Shown here one piece after another: positions 58,858 through 64,000 of a stretch of DNA of 64,000 bases (the first letter of the stretch is position 1; every line of letters starts with the position of its first letter). The notes below the pieces were generated by a model. That model was not told the origin of the DNA. It saw only the letters and a list, made by a program, of their open reading frames with translations, and did no database searches. Both the position numbers and the translations under genes were made by a program. The stretch spans positions 1 to 64,000 of the forward strand of contig CAVSGM010000002.1 of the NCBI GenBank assembly GCA_963727485.1. The letters run 5' to 3'. Source of the stretch: an uncultured delta proteobacterium (GTDB taxonomy: Bacteria; Myxococcota; Myxococcia; SLRQ01).

Positions 58858-61644
58858 ATGCGCGTCGACTGCTACAAGTGCGGCACCGCGTACCGGATCC
58901 CCGACGAAGCCATCGGGGCCGGGGGGGTCCGCGCGGAGTGCCCGAGGTGCGGCTTCCAGGAGACCATTCGGACCGACCGGACCGGTGTCGGCCCGGCGCC
59001 CAAGCCCCCGCCCATGCCCGGGCAGGGGGGGGCGCCCGGGCAATCCCCCGGGGCCGCGGCCCCGGCGGCGCCCGCGCCCGCGCCCGCGGCGCCCGGCGCC
59101 GGTGAGGCCGCCGCGCTCTTCGACTACTCCGGGGTCCCGGGCGCGGGCCCGGCCGCCCCGTCGGCGGCGGTGGTGGCCCACGGGGACGACGACAATCCCT
59201 TCGCCGACATCGACACCAGCGTCCCGGTGGGGCCCGGCGCCGCCCCGGCGGCCGTCCCGGCGCCCCGTCCCCCGCCGGCGGCCGCTTCCCAGCCGGCGCC
59301 CGCGCCCCAGCCGGCGGCGCGTCCGCAGCCGGCGACGCCGCTCCCGCGGCCGGCGACGCCGCTCCCGCGGCCGGCGACGCCGCTCCCGCGGCCCGACCCG
59401 GGGACCGGCTTCGTCCACGGCGCGCCGACCCCCACCCCGGCCGGGATCCACGTGCCCCCGGCGCGCACCGAGCCCGAGTACCGGGTGAAGAAGCCCGACG
59501 GTCGGGTCCTGGGCCCGGTGGGCTACGCCGCGCTGGAGCAGATGGCCGAGACCGGCGAGCTCGCCCCCGGCGACCAGGTCGCCCGGGACGACGACGAGTT
59601 CCGCCTCATCTCCCAGTACGAGGAGGCGGCCCACCTCCTGGAGAAGGCCGCCTCCCACTACCGGGTGCGCACCGCCGCCGCGTCGATGCAGGGGCCCCGG
59701 CGCGCCAGGTGGCCCTGGGTGGTCGGGACCGTCGTGGTGCTCCTGGTCGGCGGGGCCGCGGCGGTGGGCCGCTTCGCCCCCCACGCCATCCCCGCGGGCC
59801 TCCGCAAGCCCCTGGCGCCGGTCCTGTCCCTCCTCGCGCCCAGCGGCCCGGCCCTGCCGCCGAACCCGGTGAAGGCCCAGCTCGCCCGCTACCGCCTCCA
59901 GATCCCCGAGGCCAAGGGGACGGCGGCCGCCCAGGTGAAGCAGGCGCGCGCCCTCATGGCCAAGGACACGGTCGACGGCTACCGGGGCGCCGACGTGGCC
60001 CTGAAGAAGGCCCTCATCCTCGACCCGGACGACGCCGACGCCATCGGCCTCTTCGTCCTCAACACCGCCTACCTCGACGGCTGGCACAGCGGCCCCAAGA
60101 CCCTCCAGGTGCTCCTCGCCTACGCCGACTACCTGGGCCAGGCCCACCCCAAGGCGCCCACGGTGCACCTGGCCCGGGCGACGGCCAACCTGCTCATCGG
60201 CAAGGGGCAGGCCACCGAGGCCCGGGACGAGGCCCAGAAGGCCGTGGACGCCGATCCCCACAGCGTCTCCGCCCGGATCGTCCTGGCCCGGGCCACCAAC
60301 CTCTTCGACCACCAGGCCGCCCGGAAGATGATCGACGACCTCCAGAAGGACGCCGGGGCGGATCCCCGGGTGATCCTCACCCGGGGCTTCATCTGCCAGG
60401 CCGACGGGGACTTCGCCTGCGCCGAGAAGGCCTTCCGCGCCCGCCTCGACAAGACCCCGGGGCAGGAGGAGGCCTCCAACGCCCTCGCGCGGCTCTACGT
60501 CCTCCTCGGCCGCTACGACGACGCCGGGGCGGTCTACCGGGCGATCCTCAAGGCCGACCCGGACCGGGTCGACGCCGAGCTCGACCTCGCGGTCCTCGAC
60601 TACCAGGTGCGCGGCGACCTCCGGGGGGCCGCCCGGCGCCTCGCCACCCTCCGGCGCCACGGCCTGGACCTCGCCGACGCCGTCACCGCGGCGCGGATCC
60701 GCACCCACTCGGCCGTCGTGGCCCGGCTCCAGGGGCACCTCGACGACGCCGACAAGCTGGTCCGACAGGTCCTCAAGGACCGGCCCCTCGACGGCCCCGG
60801 GAGCTACCAGGGGGCGCTCCTGGCCATCCTCCAGCACGACCCGTCCCGGGCCCGGGACCTGGCGGCGTCGGTCTCGGCGAGCCTCGACGATCCCGCCCGG
60901 GTCGCCGTCCTCCACGCCCTGGTGGCCCACGTGGCCGCGGACGACGACGGCGCCGAGGCCGCAGCCAGGCAGGCGGCCACGGCGGATCCCGGGGCCCTGG
61001 CCCCGGTGCTCCTGGCCACCGCCCTCGAGGGCGACCTGGGCAAGCCGAGGCAGGCCTACCTGTTGATGCAGAAGGTCATCGCCATCGACCCCGCCGACGC
61101 CCGCCGCTCCCGGCCGCCCACCGACTACTACGACGGCGCGGTGGCCGCCCAGGTCACGGTGAAGGGCTTCGAGGCCCTGGTGAAGGCCGACCCCCAGCAG
61201 GGCCTCGCCTACGCCGGGCTGGGGATCGCGCGCTACCTCGCCGGGGACGTCGCCGGGGCCAGGACGGCCCTCCAGAAGGCCGTGTCCCTCGACGACCAGA
61301 ACGTCCCGGCGCTGGTCTACCTCGGCGAGCTCGCCCGGGCGCGCGGGGACCTCGCCGAGGCGAAGGACGACTTCTCCCAGGCGGTGGACTCGGATCACCT
61401 GGCACCGCTCCCCCAGTACCTCCTGGGCCGGGTCCAGGAGCTCCAGGGCAAGCTGCGCCCGGCGGCCGTCGCCTACCGCCGGACCCTCCGCCTCGACCCG
61501 GGCTTCCACCTGGCCACGGTGCGCCTCGCCCTGATGCGGGCCCGGCGCGGGGACAAGGACGGAGCCCGCCACGCCCTGCTCCAGGTGCTCACCCTCCACC
61601 CGGACAGCGTCGAGGCCCGCCGGGCCCTCTACGCGGTGGAGTAG
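58858..61644 (+). CDS. Zinc-ribbon / GYF-like / TM / TPR protein
   Basis: CYKC..CPRC, Pro/Ala linker, YRVKKPDGRVLGP, TM and many TPRs. Confidence 0.85.
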   Translation: MRVDCYKCGTAYRIPDEAIGAGGVRAECPRCGFQETIRTDRTGVGPAPKPPPMPGQGGAPGQSPGAAAPAAPAPAPAAPGAGEAAALFDYSGVPGAGPAAPSAAVVAHGDDDNPFADIDTSVPVGPGAAPAAVPAPRPPPAAASQPAPAPQPAARPQPATPLPRPATPLPRPATPLPRPDPGTGFVHGAPTPTPAGIHVPPARTEPEYRVKKPDGRVLGPVGYAALEQMAETGELAPGDQVARDDDEFRLISQYEEAAHLLEKAASHYRVRTAAASMQGPRRARWPWVVGTVVVLLVGGAAAVGRFAPHAIPAGLRKPLAPVLSLLAPSGPALPPNPVKAQLARYRLQIPEAKGTAAAQVKQARALMAKDTVDGYRGADVALKKALILDPDDADAIGLFVLNTAYLDGWHSGPKTLQVLLAYADYLGQAHPKAPTVHLARATANLLIGKGQATEARDEAQKAVDADPHSVSARIVLARATNLFDHQAARKMIDDLQKDAGADPRVILTRGFICQADGDFACAEKAFRARLDKTPGQEEASNALARLYVLLGRYDDAGAVYRAILKADPDRVDAELDLAVLDYQVRGDLRGAARRLATLRRHGLDLADAVTAARIRTHSAVVARLQGHLDDADKLVRQVLKDRPLDGPGSYQGALLAILQHDPSRARDLAASVSASLDDPARVAVLHALVAHVAADDDGAEAAARQAATADPGALAPVLLATALEGDLGKPRQAYLLMQKVIAIDPADARRSRPPTDYYDGAVAAQVTVKGFEALVKADPQQGLAYAGLGIARYLAGDVAGARTALQKAVSLDDQNVPALVYLGELARARGDLAEAKDDFSQAVDSDHLAPLPQYLLGRVQELQGKLRPAAVAYRRTLRLDPGFHLATVRLALMRARRGDKDGARHALLQVLTLHPDSVEARRALYAVE
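59329..59391 (+). repeat. 21-bp perfect tandem repeat, 3 copies (PATPLPR)
   Basis: CCGGCGACGCCGCTCCCGCGG repeated three times. Confidence 0.9.
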
Positions 61645-61694
61645 GGCGCGCCGCCCGGGTTCCGGATCGCCCGGGGCTCTGGTAGAAGGCGCCC

Positions 61695-62987
61695 ATGCGA
61701 ATCCTGGTGGTGGGCAGCGGCGGCCGGGAGCACGCGCTGGCGTGGCGCCTCGGCCGCGGGCACCCCCCGGGGGAGGATCGCCAGGTCCTCTGCGCGCCGG
61801 GGAACGCGGGCATCGCCCGGGACGCCGAGTGCGTGCCGGTGAAGGCCGACGACGTCGAGGGCCTCGTCCGCCTCGCCCGGGAGCGGGCGGTGGACCTGGT
61901 GGTGGTGGGGCCCGAGCAGCCCCTGATGCTCGGCCTGGTCGATCGCCTCACCGAGGCGGGCATCCCCGCCTTCGGTCCCTCGGCGGCGGCGGCGGCCCTC
62001 GAGGGCAGCAAGACCTTCGCCAAGGAGATCATGCTCCGGGCCGAGGTGCCCACCGCCGACTGGCGCGCCTTCGACGACCCCCACCTCGCCCGGACCTACG
62101 CCCGGGAGCTCGGGGGCAGGGTGGCGGTGAAGGCGGACGGCCTGGCGGCGGGCAAGGGCGTCATCCTCTGCCACGGCCCCGACGAGAGCGACGCCGCCGT
62201 CACCCGCCTCATGGACGAGGGCGCGGTGGGCGACGCCGGCCACCGGGTGGTGGTCGAGGCGCTCCTCGAGGGCGAGGAGGCCAGCTTCATCGCCCTCTGC
62301 GACGGCACCCGGGTGCTGCCGCTGGCCGGCTCCCAGGACCACAAGGCCGCCTTCGACGGCGACGCCGGGCCCAACACCGGCGGCATGGGCGCGGTCTCGC
62401 CCACCCCCTGCCTCGACGAGGCGACGACCCGACAGGTGATGGACCAGGTGATGAAGCCGGTGGTCCTGGCCCTGGCCGAGAGCGGCCGGCCGTTTCGGGG
62501 CGCCCTCTACGCCGGGCTGATGCTCACCGCCGAGGGGCCCAAGGTTCTCGAGTTCAACGTGCGCTTCGGCGATCCCGAGACCCAGGCCCTGATGCTCCGC
62601 CTCGAGAGCGATCTCGCGCCGGTCCTCCTCGCCGCCGCCAACGGCGATCTCTCCGACGCGCGCCTGGTCTGGGACCGTCGGCCGGCGGTGTGCGTGGTCG
62701 TGGCCAGCGGCGGCTACCCGGGCCCCTACGAGGTCGGCGCGCCCATCACCGGCCTCGCCGAGCTCGACGCCGTCGAGGGCCTCCAGGTCTTCCACGCGGG
62801 CACCGCCACCGACGCCGACGAACGGGTGATCACCGCCGGGGGGCGGGTCCTCGGGGTCACCGCCCTCGGCGACGACGTCGGCGAGGCCCGGCGGCGCGCC
62901 TACGAGGCGGTGGGCCATCTTCACTTCGACGGGGCGTTCTGGCGCCGGGACATCGGGGCGCGTGCCCTCGGTCCCCGGTCGCCGTGA
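61695..62987 (+). CDS. purD: Phosphoribosylamine-glycine ligase
   Basis: GSGGREHAL, KADGLAAGKGV, GPNTGGMG and EFNVRFGDPE. Confidence 0.97.
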   Translation: MRILVVGSGGREHALAWRLGRGHPPGEDRQVLCAPGNAGIARDAECVPVKADDVEGLVRLARERAVDLVVVGPEQPLMLGLVDRLTEAGIPAFGPSAAAAALEGSKTFAKEIMLRAEVPTADWRAFDDPHLARTYARELGGRVAVKADGLAAGKGVILCHGPDESDAAVTRLMDEGAVGDAGHRVVVEALLEGEEASFIALCDGTRVLPLAGSQDHKAAFDGDAGPNTGGMGAVSPTPCLDEATTRQVMDQVMKPVVLALAESGRPFRGALYAGLMLTAEGPKVLEFNVRFGDPETQALMLRLESDLAPVLLAAANGDLSDARLVWDRRPAVCVVVASGGYPGPYEVGAPITGLAELDAVEGLQVFHAGTATDADERVITAGGRVLGVTALGDDVGEARRRAYEAVGHLHFDGAFWRRDIGARALGPRSP

Positions 62988-63074
62988 CCGCCACGCCTTG
63001 CCCTGCGGCACGTAGCGATTACCTCACAGGTTGAGCAGACCGACTGGACCTGCAGCAGCGGAACGGGGAACAGC

Positions 63075-63695
63075 ATGGACAAGACCGCGAGAGTGAGTGA
63101 GACCTATGGCAGCCTTCCGGGGGTGTTCATCCACCCCCGCTCCATCGTGGAGTCCCGGGAGGTCGGAGAGGGGACCCGGGTCTGGGCCAACGCCCACATC
63201 CTGGGCGGCGCGAAGGTGGGCCGCGACTGCAACGTGTGCGACTGCGTGTTCATCGAGAGCGGTGCCGTGGTCGGAGACGGCGTCACCCTGAAGAACGGGG
63301 TGCAGCTCTGGGACAAGGTGACCGTCGAGGACGAGGTCTTCCTCGGCCCCAACGCCACCTTCACCAACGACATGCGGCCCCGGGCCGGCCGGCGGAAGAG
63401 CCCTGAGGAGTTCCACCCCACGGTGGTCCGCCACGGGGCCACCATCGGCGCCAACGCCACCATCGTCTGCGGCAACGACATCGGCCGCTACGCCTTCATC
63501 GGCGCCGGGGCGGTGGTGCGCACCCCGGTGCCCGACCACGCGCTGATGGTCGGCTGCCCGGCGCGGCAGGTCGGCTGGGCCTGTGCCTGCGGCGAGACCC
63601 TCCCGGGGCTCACCGACGGTCACGCCAAGTGCGGGGCCTGCGGGGCGACCTACCGGCAGACCGACGCCGGCCTGGCGCAGACCAACGCCGGGTAG
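63075..63695 (+). CDS. Hexapeptide-repeat N-acyltransferase (sugar-nucleotide type) with C-terminal zinc ribbon
   Basis: VFLGPNATFTND..GATIGANATIVCG..GAGAVV..GWACACG..CGACG. Confidence 0.9.
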   Translation: MDKTARVSETYGSLPGVFIHPRSIVESREVGEGTRVWANAHILGGAKVGRDCNVCDCVFIESGAVVGDGVTLKNGVQLWDKVTVEDEVFLGPNATFTNDMRPRAGRRKSPEEFHPTVVRHGATIGANATIVCGNDIGRYAFIGAGAVVRTPVPDHALMVGCPARQVGWACACGETLPGLTDGHAKCGACGATYRQTDAGLAQTNAG

Positions 63696-63859
63696 GCGCC
63701 GCCGGGAGTGGTGCATCGGCGCTCCACCTGGGGTGGGGTGCCGACGCTCCACTTCTCCGGGCGCCTGATCCCGGAACGCCTGATTCCAGGCGGTTGAGGC
63801 GTCCTCAGTCGGTGGAACGGGGCTTGCTGACCTCCTAGGGTGAACCCTGGAGGTCACCG

Positions 63860-64000
63860 ATGGACCGCGCCCGCTCCCGACCCGCCGCATCCCTCGCCCT
63901 CGCCTGCGCCGCGGTGGCGCTCGCCGCCGGCTGCAGCACCGCCAAGGCGCCGGCGACCCCCGGGGATCCCCTCGCCGATCTCCAGGGTGCCAGCCGCGGC
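63860..64000 (+). CDS. Lipoprotein, partial
   Basis: GGAGG RBS; MDRARSRPAASLALACAAVALAAGC lipobox; open to the window end. Confidence 0.7.
   Translation, partial: MDRARSRPAASLALACAAVALAAGCSTAKAPATPGDPLADLQGASRG

Overview
GC-rich bacterial chromosome segment, probably Myxococcota or a related deltaproteobacterium. This assignment is inferred from DAG/DGG-repeat lipoproteins, a CGNG..CDDGN cysteine repeat, an FHA-sigma54 activator and a zinc-ribbon/TPR protein. In order: (1) 1-4.2 kb, a lower-GC defence/IS patch with vsr, a Kiwa-like kwaA-kwaB pair, an intact IS630, and IS630 and IS256 relics. (2) 4.2-23.4 kb, a fibre-like exported repeat protein with its lipoprotein partner, then CPBP protease, TonB-like, DsbA-like, pyrF, ndh, CBS, a MutS-related ATPase, a structured intergenic unit, a large amidohydrolase lipoprotein, ACBP and an FHA-sigma54 activator. 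(3) 23.5-29.5 kb, a decayed Rhs toxin/immunity island with two cassettes that share a pre-toxin segment but carry different toxin tips, broken up by IS3, IS66 and IS21 pieces. (4) 29.6-43.8 kb, a complete type II secretion operon gspC-N with a sigma54 promoter, a candidate enhancer and two extra small genes flanking gspG. (5) 44-56 kb, a phosphate/polyphosphate cluster (phoU, porin, apaH, ppx, ppk1, PAP2, CHAD, sixA, phoR, phoB) with three visible Pho boxes. (6) 56-64 kb, two regulators, purH, a zinc-ribbon/TPR protein, purD, an acyltransferase and a partial lipoprotein. Six genes each carry a single +1 frameshift, most likely sequencing error. No rRNA, tRNA or CRISPR array was seen. All family calls come from motif recognition by eye; no database search was run.
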